Part shown: piece by piece, positions 37,445 through 50,700 of the stretch
Numbering within the stretch: the first letter of the stretch is position 1
Layout of the letters: each line of letters begins with the position of its first letter
The notes under the pieces: generated by a model
The model's input: only the letters and a program-made list of their open reading frames with translations
Told to the model about the DNA's origin: nothing
Database searches by the model: none
Translations under genes and position numbers: made by a program
DNA from: Macrostomum hystrix
Taxonomy: Eukaryota > Animalia > Platyhelminthes
NCBI GenBank assembly: GCA_950097015.1
Contig: CATNEN010000001.1
Location: 20,212,001 to 20,276,000 of the forward strand
Length of the DNA stretch: 64,000 bases
Direction of reading: 5' to 3'

Positions 37445-38489
37445 GAATTAAATCCGGCAAGTGTCGAGACTAAATTCTTTGTTGCTTGACTCTGGTGGGT
37501 GAGTTTTCTTGACGCAGAAAAGCTGCAAGCAGAATTATGAAACGCTTGAGGCACTTTAGGCTAACAATTTACAGCTTTAACCTCTACTTGACTGCAGTTG
37601 TAAGCCGCCACTACCGTTACCGACGGCTAGGCCGAAACAGCCATAGACAGCTGCCACATCTATGAACGGATACGTCTGCAAACCTATATGGTCTCTCTGC
37701 TTGGCTTCTTAGGCGCTGAGCACGCTGCCGACTTGACTCAAGAAAACGCGAGCAAATGCTTCAGACATTTGTCTATGGCCAGAGTTTATTCTTGCTGACG
37801 CGAGTCTCTACTTAGTCACAGAGCAATTGCTCGAGGGGTGAACACTAACTCTTGAGACAAACATGCTGAGCATTTGCTCAGCAGCAAGCACACACGAAAA
37901 ATATGTGCAAGAAATATGTAACCCGGACGAGTTAAGACGTACTCTATCCTCGTTTAGACTAGGAAACCATAAGCTATAAGCTTGCGAAAGATTGCGAGCT
38001 GCCAGACCGAAAATTCCTTGCGAGAATTGATTATGTAGTAAGTGCAAAATTGAAGTGAAAAACGAGGTCCACTTCTTATTCAAGTATAGTTGGAATAGGT
38101 GTAGAACCGCACGTTCGAATTGAGGCAGTGTAAAAACGTTTTGTATGTTGTATAGAAATATTCATAAAATCTAAAAAGTTGAAAATGCGCGAAAAATGAA
38201 TATTTTGTTTTTCTTCTCATCGTACCAATAGTAATTTTTTTTGTTTTAAATTCATACTGTATGGATATTATTATGTAAAAATTGACGATTAATTAAAACA
38301 AAAACTAATTTTGCCTGGGTATATATAGCCGCCACTAGAAGAGAGAAAAATTAAGTCGTTCGAAGGCGCTAGTCGCTGGCTACTTGCTATACAGTGTTTT
38401 AAGAGTCAGAATCAGAAGTGTGTTCAAGATATAAAAAGAGTGCCTTGTGAAAGGAGTATATTGTGTTATTCATTTTATAAGAGAGGAGA

Positions 38490-39215
38490 ATACTAAGAAC
38501 TATACTAAGAACTATACTAATTAAGAACTATACTAAGAACTATACTAAGAACTATACTAAGAACTATACTAAGAACTATACTAAGAGCTATACTAAGAAC
38601 TATACTAAGAACTATACTAAGAACTATACTAAGAACAATACTAAGAACTATACTAAGAACTATACTAAGAACTATACTAAGAGCTATACTAAGAACTATA
38701 CTAAGAACTATACTAAGAACTATACTAAGAACTATACTAAGAACTATACTAAGAACTATACTAAGAGCTATACTAAGAACTATACTAAGAACTATACTAA
38801 GAACTATACTAAGAACAATACTAAGAACTATACTAAGAACTATACTAAGAACTATACTAAGAGCTATACTAAGAACTATACTAAGAACTATACTAAGAAC
38901 TATACTAAGAACAATACTAAGAACTATACTAAGAACTATACTAAGAACTATACTAAGAACTATACTAAGAACTATACTAAGAACTATACTAAGAACTATA
39001 CTAAGAACTATACTAAGAACTATACTAAGAACTATACTAAGAACTATACTAAGAACTATACTAAGAACTATACTAAGAACTATACTAAGAACTATACTAA
39101 GAACTATACTAAGAACTATACTAAGAACTATACTAAGAACTATACTAAGAACTATACTAAGAACTATACTAAGAACTATACTAAGAACTATACTAAGAAA
39201 TATACTCAGATTTAT
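38490..39215. repeat. 12-bp tandem repeat (TACTAAGAACTA)
   Basis: About 60 copies. Confidence 0.96.
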
Positions 39216-39949
39216 ACCAAAAATACTACTAAGAGGGAACTGCTCAACTTTAATCTCGGGGACGCCTATTGACCGGAAAATACATACAGTTGCCTTATTT
39301 ACCGCTCGTGCAATGCAGACGCTACCAGATTGAGGAAGTAAACGCTACCATTAGAGTGTTGAAGCTTACACAAGGAATAACATTGAAGAATTAACCGGCC
39401 CATTTAAGGCGTTTGAAACTAAAATGAAACTACACGATGGCACAGGACGACAGGGAAACCACTGAAGCACTAGCAAAGTACATCATAGAAATATCTAAAA
39501 TAACCGAACAGCTGCCCATGAAGCAACTAACATTAAAAAATTATGGGTAGGAGCAACCTGGGTTGAAACGCGATTGAAACGCTCCACATTTGTCCGCCGT
39601 CACTCTCTGTGGTCAAAACATTTTCCACTTATATTATTATCTCTTATACAGTCTCCGTATATTTCACTGCCAACACAACACAAGAGCAAAAACGACAGGA
39701 ATGAAACATGAAATAAACGAAAGAATTCAGTAAATAACGCTTGGAAACGCAAAAAGATTTTTCGTTGGAGAGTTCATTAATAGTTGCCTCAAATACAAGG
39801 TCGTAGTTATAAACTGCAGTCTACGACACATCTGTCTGATAGCGTGATGTAATGTTGAATGTAGAATTCTCAAATTTGCAGTTCTCAAAAACGCTCGCCT
39901 GGTTGGCAATAATCGATACGCCCTGGTTAGCTACTAGTGACCCAGGCAT

Positions 39950-40900
39950 GCCCAACGCAGTCGTATTTTGTTGCAGTCAATGCATCCAGCAGTCGAATTT
40001 GTTCCCGCGTTGCTGGCGCCCGGACCAGCCGACGCCAGGGTTTGTTCCGCAGTGCCAGAGAGTCGCCATCCTCCATCAAATTGGTTACAACGAGGCGCAT
40101 ATGCAATGATTGGTGTGCGCACGATTGCTCAGTCCCGCCAACTCACACAATTTATTCATGAACTCATTTACCCAGTGTTCGCCGAGTACAAGGCTATTGT
40201 GGTACCAGAAACCTGCGAGAGGGAAAAACCCTCGTTCCAGCGGTTTAGGCCACAGGCAACCGACTTCATCCGGTATCTTCGCCAGATACATCTCCATCGC
40301 ACGAACCGGACACGTGTTCGGGTCAGCCGGCGTTTCGGCCAAAATGATCGACTTTCGAGTTGTTGAGTTGTCCGCCGTTACTGCCTTCTCGATGCCATTC
40401 TTCACCAAGTCGATATATCGAACTCCATCGCATATTCGTCGATCCTCACATCGGCCTTCGTCAATCCCCTCAGCCACTCACGGCCCCTGAAGCCGAACCC
40501 GTGCACGATTTTAACAGAACCTCCAATTGTAGACGCCTCGGTGTCGTGCGGTCGAAATACACACGCAGCCGAGATGGAAGTCAGAGTCATCAATTGGACA
40601 GTACGTAGACGCATTGCCAATCGACGTTTTCTCCCTCAGAGCCGTTATCAGGCACGCCTTGTACGTTCGTTCAAGCGACAAAAATTCGGTGTTACCTATA
40701 ATTCGCAAGTTCCTTATCTCTAGCACGTGCCGATGATATATACGCCCTGAAGCATACCAGACTTCCGACAGCGTATGGATTACCTTCCTAAGTCCTCAGT
40801 GACACGAACCAGCCGCAGATAGCACTAAAGATAGCGGATCGGCATTGTTTCGATGTTGTCCGGTAGTTTCTGCATGGTCCACCCAATATATTTTGAAGCG
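39950..40900 (-). mobile_element. Decayed Crypton-type (DUF3504) tyrosine-recombinase transposon; frameshifted
   Basis: Across shifting frames: EGNPYAVGSLVCFRG, RIIGNTEF, HGFGFRGREWLRGL (catalytic Arg motif), CPVRAMEMYLAKIP, FWYHN..LGEHWVNEFMNKLCELAGL..HTNHCICAS. These match CryptonA/KCTD1/ZMYM-type recombinase motifs; several frameshifts and stops. Confidence 0.8.
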
Positions 40901-42847
40901 TTTCACGTGGAGAGCGCGGCTTGTGACAAACACAAGCACAATTTCACAAGCACGAGCTATACACATTCACAAACATAAACATTATGTAACATAAACAAGA
41001 ACTAAAAATTGACGCAAAAACATAAAGCCTTCGAAACATGACCTCATGGGTGCATGGATGATTAACTCTTCGATTCTTTAATTAATTATGGCATATTTAT
41101 CTTTTTTCTTAGTGAAGGCCCTTGACATACTGTCGAGTTAACAAAAGTTTTTTGCACCGAACACGGCACTAAATATAAATTTAAAAACATTATATTATAT
41201 AAATGCTTTATTCTGTTTTTTTAGCAAGAACTAATGTTGATTTAAGATTTAACTATTTTTATATGTTGCTTAACTGATGGAATACTTAAAATTCAAATAT
41301 AAAACTTTCTTAGAAAATATCGACAAAAATTTATTTAAAATTCAAGTTTCAAATCAAGTCTTTAAGAAATTTTCTGAAGACTTTTTATGCATGCTGCGTT
41401 TCGAACTTACTATTCAACTTGCCTGAGAATATTTTTATGTCATCACAATTTCATTCCGTCTACATCAGAATTTCCTGTCGATTTATCATTATTAAACATT
41501 AGTGATGCATACTGATAGTTGCACTGATGGCTGTATATCCTGGCTTCTTGAACTTTAATCCTATCCTTAGTATTTTCCGATTGACTTCTAACTTGACCTA
41601 ATGGCATTTTTGGAACAAATGGGTTTCTTATTGAACTCTGTGTCTCTAAATCGTACTACCGACACATATTTATTTGATTTATCAACCTACTAAAAGCTAA
41701 AACTGGAACTAATTCATAGACATAGGATTATAGTTCAAGACACCCATATATTTAGGAAAAGTGAAACTGTTGAGTCTCATTATTATTCGTTTATGGTTCT
41801 AATAAAAAAATACAAGGAGCATGGCTGTTTTCATTAAATAATATATGAAAGGGCTTTTAAGTTACTACTTAACTCCACAACTTGCAAATTACAACTTAAA
41901 CTTTTTGCTATGATAATTTCAATAGTGCCCACCCACCTAGTGTGATATGGCTAGTGGCCTATTATTTTGTATAGTAGGGGTGTTGTGGACTGGTTTCGGT
42001 TAGATGGCTAATTAAATTATTCTTTTTATTCTGTAACAAAATGTCTTCTTTTGTACTTTTGTACTTTTGAGCTCAGGGCTCAAAAAGAGCTAGGATTAAA
42101 ATTACATATCCAATAAAGAATTTGGCCAAATCTTTTTTCTTCTTAAATATATGAATTTCAGCAGGTATGTTTAGTGAATGCCTCTGGTTTTTCTGGGTTT
42201 AGCCATGGTACATTTTTTAAAAACATATTTCAGTTGTTTTTATTAGCAGAATATTATGATCTATCCACAATAAATAAATATACCCATACTTTTTTACCAT
42301 TTTAGATCTTGTCAGAACAATAAAGCCTTGTTTGTTTATCTATGATATTTGCTGTTCCATGTGCATTGCTTTAGCAGAAAATGAAGCATTTGATTACTCT
42401 AGTAAAAATGTAAAAATTAGGACAAAAAGTGGACACATTTCTGTTTTAATATTGGAACATTCAAAAAGTCTCCAAATATTTTTATAAGCATTGCTAGCCC
42501 TTTTGCTCAGTATTTAAGGTTTTATCATTTTTGCATGGAATATATTCTGCAATTAAACAATAAATATATAAATGCTTAAGTTACATTGGTTTTTTTTATT
42601 TCTTGGTCATTCACAGAGGAATGAAATGCAAAAAGCATGGTATAAGAACTGTTTTATTGAATTAAGTGAATTTAAGAAGCAAAAGCAGTTTTTTTGCACT
42701 TTGTAGCCAAAGCAATCCTTTATTTTCCAATTAGCCTACTACTAGTAGAGCATACCAGGTCAAAATCCTGTAAAAAGTCTCCGTGAAAAACTGCAGTTTC
42801 GCTTAAACCATCTGTCTTTCTGGCTTCGAAGCACATCCAGGCGCCAT

Positions 42848-44465
42848 ATGCTGTCAAATCCATCCGTTTCTATGGCAACCATATCTGTAGACAAACTGCG
42901 CAGTCTAGTAGACGAGAGAATAGCCATTCGATTGTCTGGCCTGCCTAGCAACGCCCCGGTAACGCTGAAGTTAAACATCCGAGAGAGCTACGGATCCTTC
43001 TCGGCGTTCGGGCACTACGTCATTGATGACAAAGGCGGTCTGGATTTAAACTCAAGCCCCAGTCTCAGCGGCACCTACACCGGCGTTGATGGCATGGGTC
43101 TGTTCTGGTCGTTGCAGCAGGACCCATCTGAAAAGTTCGGCCTTCGATTGTTGAGACGAGAAGCCGAAATACCCTTGCGTTATCAACTGACCGCTCTGAG
43201 TGGTCATGTGACCTGGGAACAGCTGACTGCCAACAAGGCGGACTCGGGGGCTGTCGAGCCGCTTTGCTCAACGACTCTGGAGAGAACTTACCTGGCTGAT
43301 TCTGTGGAACGAATACCTGTGCGCTTTGGTCGTCTGCGAGGTTAATTTATTGAGGAATCCCACTACCTGTTGATTTGATCCCATCTCCCATTTATATGAT
43401 CCCGTTTTAAATTCCATATTCTCTTGAATTAATTTTATTTTAAATCCCACCTTCTGTACATTTACTCCTAGTTTAAATTAAATATTCGTTGATTAGATCC
43501 CAAATTAATAATCTCACCTCCCATTGGTTTGATTCCATTCTATTCCCTTATCGCATTGGTTTGATCCCATTTTGTTCCCTTATCCCATTGGTTTGATCCC
43601 ATCTTTAACAGGCTCGCTGTTCAAGCCGCGGTCGCAGCACTCCTGCCCGCCAGTCATCGACCTGTTCGGCACAGGCGGCGGTCTCATGGAGCACAGGTCG
43701 GCCCTGCTAGCCAAGGAGGGCTTCAGCGTACTGGCGCTGGCCTATTTCAACTACGAAGACCTGCCAAAGGAGATTCGAGAATTCGACATGGACTATTTTG
43801 AGGAGGCCGTCGATTTCATGCTGGCCTCGCCGTACAGTCGGCTCGGACCGAGAGGCGGCGTTGGAATGATCGGCGTCAGCGCCGGGGCTGACATTGTGGC
43901 CAACGCAGCCATCCTGTTTGGCGACAGGGTTCGCGCCGTGGCCTGGCTCAATGGTACACCCTGTAGGAACTGGTACGCGGTGCGTTACAGAGGCCGCTGC
44001 CTGCCTAAACACGTGCTATTCCACGTTAACAAGATCAAGCCAGCCGGGCCTAATCCATTGGGTGTGGACTTTCGCGACGCCGTGATTTGCAGCGAAGATG
44101 AAGAGCTGCCAGTTGAACAGGCTTCAGCCAGGTTTCTGTTCTTCTCCTCGCTGGACGATTATTCCGTGTCGCCTGATTCCGGAGCTCGCCTAGCAGATCG
44201 TCTGCGTCGGGCTGGCCGGACCGACGTTGAACGGGTGGCATATCCCGAAGCCGGCCACCTGCTGGAGCCACCGATCAGCCCGTGCACCGCGCTGTGCTAC
44301 CACGGGGTGTTCAAGTTCTACATGTACTACGGCGGTACCCCAGCTGGGCATCACAGGGCTCAGCTGGACAGCTGGGACAGAATGATTCGATTGTTTAAAG
44401 AGGAACTCATTGATCACGGTGAAGCGACAACTGAGGCTAAGTGCGGATTGGCTGCCAAGCTATAG
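42848..44465 (+). CDS. Acyl-CoA thioesterase / BAAT-family enzyme, paralog 2, ~448 aa, PTS1 -AKL. Exons 42848-43340, 43612-44465
   Basis: Same motifs as paralog 1 (GVSAG, LDDY, AGHLLEPP); phase-1 intron at the homologous position. The start may be ATG 42848 or 42872. Confidence 0.93.
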
Positions 44466-44651
44466 GCTCTTTTGAATGTACTTTTGAGCCATTAGTGGAC
44501 AGTTTAGAGACTGGTTAGAAAGAGTCCTTCGTGATAAGTTACTGAGTCTTTAGGTAGATAATGAGATCTTCAGGTAGAATATGATCTATTCACGTAGACA
44601 ACAAATTCACGTCAAATCTTCAAGGTTGAAAATTAAGTCCTCAGGAAGACA

Positions 44652-44912
44652 GACAGTGAAGTCCTCAGGTAGACAGTGAGGTTCTCAGGTAGACAGTGAG
44701 GTTCTCAGGTAGACAGTGAGGTTCTCAGGTAGACAGTGAGGTTCTCAGGTAGACAGTGAAGTCCTCAGGTAGACAGTGAAGTCCTCAGGTAAGACAGTGT
44801 GGATCTCAGGTAGACAGTGAGGTTTTCAGGTAGACAGTGAAGTCCTCAGGTAGACAGTGAGGTCCTCAGGTAGACAGTGAGGTCCTCAGGTAGACAGTGA
44901 TGTCCTCAGGTA
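44652..44912. repeat. 20-bp tandem repeat (AGGTAGACAGTGAGGTTCTC) 3' of ACOT paralog 2
   Basis: About 13 copies. Confidence 0.93.
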
Positions 44913-45414
44913 GGGTGTTGTTGGTTGTATTTCTGATAGGGTATTCTTGCTGTGCTTTTCAGTGGGAGGAATTCCTTGTGCCTAATTTAAATAATTTAAA
45001 TTTGTTGCTACACATTTTTACTCTTTTATTTCAGAAATTCTGCGCCTTGTTTCCTTGTTAGACAAAAAGCGTTTTATTTGTTTAATTAATTCAAATTTAC
45101 AAGTTACCTTTGCTAAATACCCGTGTGTATCATTTCTTAATGCTCTTCCTATTTAAAAAAAATAATTTCTTCTTACTTTTCGAATTTTTAATCAGATTTT
45201 TTCATTGAGTTTTTTATAGCAAGTTTTGGCAAGCTCCTGTGCTGTCACTTTAAAATTCATCTATTTTAATGTTTGATAAATGGTAGAAAGAGATTAATAA
45301 GAGTAAGAGTAGAGTAAAGAGTATAGTAAAGAGTAAAGAGTAAAGAGTATAGTAGGAGTGGAAGGAGTGATTTAGGTGTTGAAAAATTTCCAAAATAGGG
45401 ATAGCGAGAGTAGG

Positions 45415-46112
45415 CGAGGGTAGAAAAGAAGGATTGAAGGGTAGAAAGACGGGATTGAGGGGTAGAAAGACTGGATTGAGGGTAGAAAGACTGGATTGAA
45501 GGGTAAAAAGACGGGATTGAGGGGTAGAAAGACTGAACTGAGGGGTAGGAAGACTGTATTGAGGGGTAGAAAGACTGGATTGATGGTAGAAAGAATGGAT
45601 TGAGGGGTAGAAAGAATGGATTGAATGTAGAAAGAATGGATTGAATGTAGAAAGAATGGATTGGGGGTAGAATGACTGGATTGAGGGGTAGAAAGAATGG
45701 ATTGAATGTAGAAAGAATGGATTGAGGGTAGAAAGACTGGATTGAGGGGTAGAAAGAATGGATTGAAGGTAGAAAGACTGGATTGAGGGTAGAAAGACTG
45801 GATTGAGGGGTAGAAAGAATGGATTGAAGGTAGAAAGACTGGATTGAGGGGTAGAAAGAATAGATTGAAGGTAGAAAGAATGGATTGAAGGTAGAAAGAA
45901 TGGATTGAGGGTAGAAAGACTGGATTGAGGGGTAGAAAGACTGGATTGAGGGGTAGAAAGACTGGATTGAGGGGTAGATAGACAGGATTGAGGGGTAGAA
46001 ATAATAGATTGAGGGGTAGAAAGAAGTGATTGAAGGTAGAAAGAATGGATTGAGGGGTAGAAAGACAGGATTGAGGGGTAGATAGACAGGATTGAAGGGT
46101 AGAAAGAGTAGA
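45415..46112. repeat. ~21-bp purine-rich minisatellite (GGATTGAGGGGTAGAAAGA[CT/AT])
   Basis: About 33 copies. Confidence 0.93.
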
Positions 46113-46664
46113 ATGTAAAAAATATTGCACTCAATGAGATGGTATACTTGTGTGTTACAGTAAGATGCATTACCCTATGCCAAATGCATTCGTTGATTCT
46201 GCTGTTTAATTGAAATTATGCATAATTTTCACAAAATTTTACCGGAAAATTGAATGGAAAAAGTACAAGGATATTCATTCAACTTTTATCTATTTTTTGT
46301 CTTTTTAGACAGCAATCTGTAGTGGTGTAATCGTGTCGAATATAAATTGTATTTTCTATTGACTATTTGGGGATTTATATATTCTGTCTAGTAGAGATAA
46401 AGTAAAATAATAAATCCCTTAGGGTTAGACTCGGCTATTTATAGAATTCATGTCATAAAGGGTATATAATCGAGCTATGTTTTTTCAATTAAAAATACCT
46501 ACAAAAGAATAGATTTTTAACTGAGCTCTTCTGATAAAAAAATATGCAATTTCTGTGATTGCTCAACCAGCAGTGACTGTCATGCAGAGCCCCTATTCGG
46601 GTAGAGGAAAACATAGACTAATTTCATTTTATATTGATATAAAAGCATGTTCATAGGTGGATTA

Positions 46665-47222
46665 AAAGGTAGATAGATAGACTGAGAGGTAGATAGAGGT
46701 TTGCAGAGAGGTAGATATAGATAGACCGAGAGGTAGATAGGTAGACTGAAAGGTAGATACCATGTAAGTTGAGAGGTTGATATAGGTAGGCTGAGAGGCA
46801 GATATAGGTAGGCTGAGGGGTAGATATAGGTAGGCTAAGGGGTAGATATAGGTAGGCTGAGAGGTAGATATAGGTAGGGTGAGGAGTAGATACAGGTAGG
46901 CTGAGAGGTAGATATAGGTAGGCTGAGGGGTAGATATAGTTAGGCTGAGGAGTAGATACAGGTAGGCTGAGAGGTAGATATAGGTAGGCTGAGGAGTAGA
47001 TATAGGTAGGCTGAGAGGTAGATATAAGGTAGGGTGAGAGGTAGATATATGTAGCCTGAGAGGTAGATATAGGTAGGCTGAGAGGTAGATATAGGTAGGC
47101 TGAGAGGTAGATATAGGTAGGCTGAGAGGTTGATATAGGTAGGCTGAGAGGTAGATATAGTTAGGCTGAGAGGTAGATATAGTTAGGCTGAGAGGTAGAT
47201 ATAAGTAGGCTGAGAGGTAGGC
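46665..47222. repeat. 22-bp minisatellite (AGGTAGATATAGGTAGGCTGAG)
   Basis: About 25 copies. Confidence 0.93.
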
Positions 47223-47775
47223 ATGTTGATCAGGAGGTGGATGTCTAGGCTGAGTGCCAAATGGAATATTCAAATATCTTTGGTTGGTAGGTAGGCCGGC
47301 TCTTATGTCTCATTTAACAAGCAAAGCTTTTGATCCCCATCTGGGAGTTCAGATTTGCTGAAGTGAGGGGCCAAATCATTGGCAAGGGGATGCGAGGTAG
47401 GGATAGGAAGATAAGGATCGCGCTGATTGGATGTAAGGTTTAGGGATTCTGCTTATCCAGCAAATGGAGAGACTGGAGTCGTGACTTGCTCCCTTCTCAC
47501 AGTCTATTGCTTAAATATAGTTAGTATTAATTTCCAGCCGCAGCTATGTCAGGTCTGTGAGCTCGGTTTGAGTCGCCTATTCTGAGTAGCTCAAGCGTTG
47601 CCTGAGCAGGAGAGCAGTGTGCAGTGATTGATTCTGGCATCAGTGTCCCTGTGTGGTTTTTTGTGGAACATTGTCAACCATCTCGTATTATTGATTATAG
47701 GATATTTATTATAAAGGATTTGCAATTTTACTGTTTAAATTTCAGATTTCAAAACAATCTAGCCGACTGTTTTCA

Positions 47776-50700
47776 ATGTCGGAGGCTGGCAGTATTGTAT
47801 TGCGTAGGTGAGCTCACTGTTTTAACATTTTTTCTAAAAAAATCTGCATGAAAACAACAGGTCCTATCCCCAAGTCATTCTAGGGTTTAAATCCCATATT
47901 CAGGGATCGAAATTCCAAAATCCTCAAAATCTGCATCCCAAATCCTCAAAATCTCAATCCCCCAATCCTTAAGAACTGCATCCCAAATCCTCAACATCTT
48001 ACTCCCAAATCCTCAACATCTTACTCCCAAATCCTCAACATCTTACTCCCAAATCCTCAACATCTTACTCCCAAATCCTCAACATCTTACTCCCAAATCC
48101 TCAACATCTTACTCCCAAATCCTCAACATCTTACTCCCAAATCCTCAACATCTTACTCCCAAATCCTCAACATCTTACTCCCAAATCCTCAACATCTTAC
48201 TCCCAAATCCTCAACATCTTACTCCCAAATCCTCAAAATCTTAATCTCCCAATCCTTAAGAAATGCATCCCAAATCCTCAACATCTTACTCCCAAATCCT
48301 CAACATCTTACTCCCAAATCCTCAACATCTTACTCCCAAATCCTCAACATCTTACTCCCAAATCCTCAACATCTTACTCCCCAATCCTCAACATCTTAAT
48401 CCCGAATCCTCAACATCTTACTCCCAAATCTTCAACATCTTACTCCCAAATCTACAACATCTTACTCCCAAATCCTCAACATCTTACTCCCAAATCCTCA
48501 AAATCTCAATCTCCCAATCCTTAAGAACTGCATCCCAAATCCTCAACATCTTACTCCCAAATCCTCAACATCTTAATCCCAAATCCTCAAAATCTTACTC
48601 CCAAATCCTCAACATCATTTTAATCCCAAATCCTCAACATCTTAATCCCAAATCCTCAAAATCTTACTCCCAAATCCTCAACATCATTTTAATCCCAAAT
48701 CCTCAGCATCTTAATCCCAAATCCTCAGCATCCGTTTCAAAATCCCAAACCTTAAAATCAATATAGCAAAATCTAGCGTTTGAATCACTAATAATAAATT
48801 ACATCATGACACTGCCATATCTCCTGCAACAGTGTGAGTAGTTCAATCGATGCTCTGCTACTCGTTGTCACGGACGCTACTACCCTAGCAACCCCAGCCG
48901 AGCAGCTGGAATTATTTGCACCAACTGGCAAAATTAAGCAGAGATTTTGGCGCACCGTCAATGCCCTGTCCTTTCTACTATTCCTGACTTGCACGGCTCT
49001 GCAGTACAATGACCCAGATCCGCTTGCTTGGGCTGTGAGTTTGTGCGCCCAGTTTTTGATTGTGACTTCAATTGTTTCGTTTCAATATCAATGCTATCGT
49101 TTATCCTGTTTCAGCCTGTCTACATTATTCCTGGTGTGCTAGCCTTGCTGATAGCTATATCTCCACGATTATTGGGTGAGTCACAGATCTTCATGATCTG
49201 AAGTTATCATGACCTAGGTCATTCATGATCTGAAGTTATCATGACCTAGGTCATTCATGATCTGAAGTTATCATGACCTAGGTCATTCATGATCTGAAGT
49301 TATCATTACCTAGGTCATTCATGATCTGAAGTTATCATGACCTAGATCATTCATGACCGAATGACCTGGATCATTCGGAGTCATGGGTTCTCATGATCTG
49401 GGTCATTCAGAGTCACAGATTCTCATGGTCTGGGTCATTCAGAGTCACAGATTCTCATGGTCTGGGTCATTCAGAGTCACAGATTCTCATGGTCTGGGTC
49501 ATTCAGAGTCACAGATTCTCATGATCTAGGTCATTCAGAGTCACAGATTCTCATGGTCTGGGTCATTCAGAGTCACAGATTCTCATGATCTAGGTCATTC
49601 AGAGTCACAGATTCTCATGATCTAGGTCATTCAGAGTCACAGATTCTCATGGTCTGGGTCATTCAAAGTCACAGATTCTCATGATCTGGGTCATTCAGAG
49701 TCACAGATTCTCATGATCTGGGTCATTCAGAGTCACAGATTCTCATGATCTGGGTCATTCAGAGTCACAGATTCTCATGATCTGGGTCATTCAGAGTCAC
49801 AGATTCTCATGATCTGGGTCATTCAGAGTCACAGATTCTCATGGTCTGGGTCATTCAGAGTCACAGATTCTCATGATCTGGGTCATTCAGAGTCACAGAT
49901 TCTCATGGTCTGGGTCATTCAGAGTCACAGATTCTCATGGTCTGGGTCATTCAGAGTCACAGATTCTCATGATCTAGGTCATTCAGAGTCACAGATTCTC
50001 ATGATCTAGGTCATTCAGAGTCACAGATTCTCATGGTCTGGGTCATTCAAAGTCACAGATTCTCATGGTCTGGGTCATTCAGAGTCACAGATTCTCATGA
50101 TCTAGGTCATTCAGAGTCACAGATTCTCATGATCTGGGTCATTCAGAGTCACAGATTCTCATGGTCTGGGTCATTCAGAGTCACAGATTCTCATGGTCTG
50201 GGTCATTCAGAGTCACAGATTCTCATGATCTAGGTCATTCAGAGTCACAGATTCTCATGATCTAGGTCATTCAGAGTCACAGATTCTCATGGTCTGGGTC
50301 ATTCAAAGTCACAGATTCTCATGGTCTGGGTCATTCAGAGTCACAGATTCTCATGATCTGGGTCATTCAGAGTCATGGGTTCTCATGATCTAGGTCATTC
50401 AGAGTCACAGATTCTCATGGTCTGGGTCATTCAGAGTCACAGATTCTCATGATCTAGGTCATTCAGAGTCACAGATTCTCATGATCTAGGTCATTCAGAG
50501 TCACAGATTCTCATGGTCTGGGTCATTCAGAGTCACAGATTCTCATGATCTAGGTCATTCAGAGTCACAGATTCTCATGATCGGGGTCATTCAGAGTCAC
50601 AGATTCTCATGATCTAGGTCATTTGGAGTCACAGATTCTCATGATCTAGGTCATTTGGAGTCACAGATTCTCATGTTCTGGGTCATTCAGAGTCACAGAT

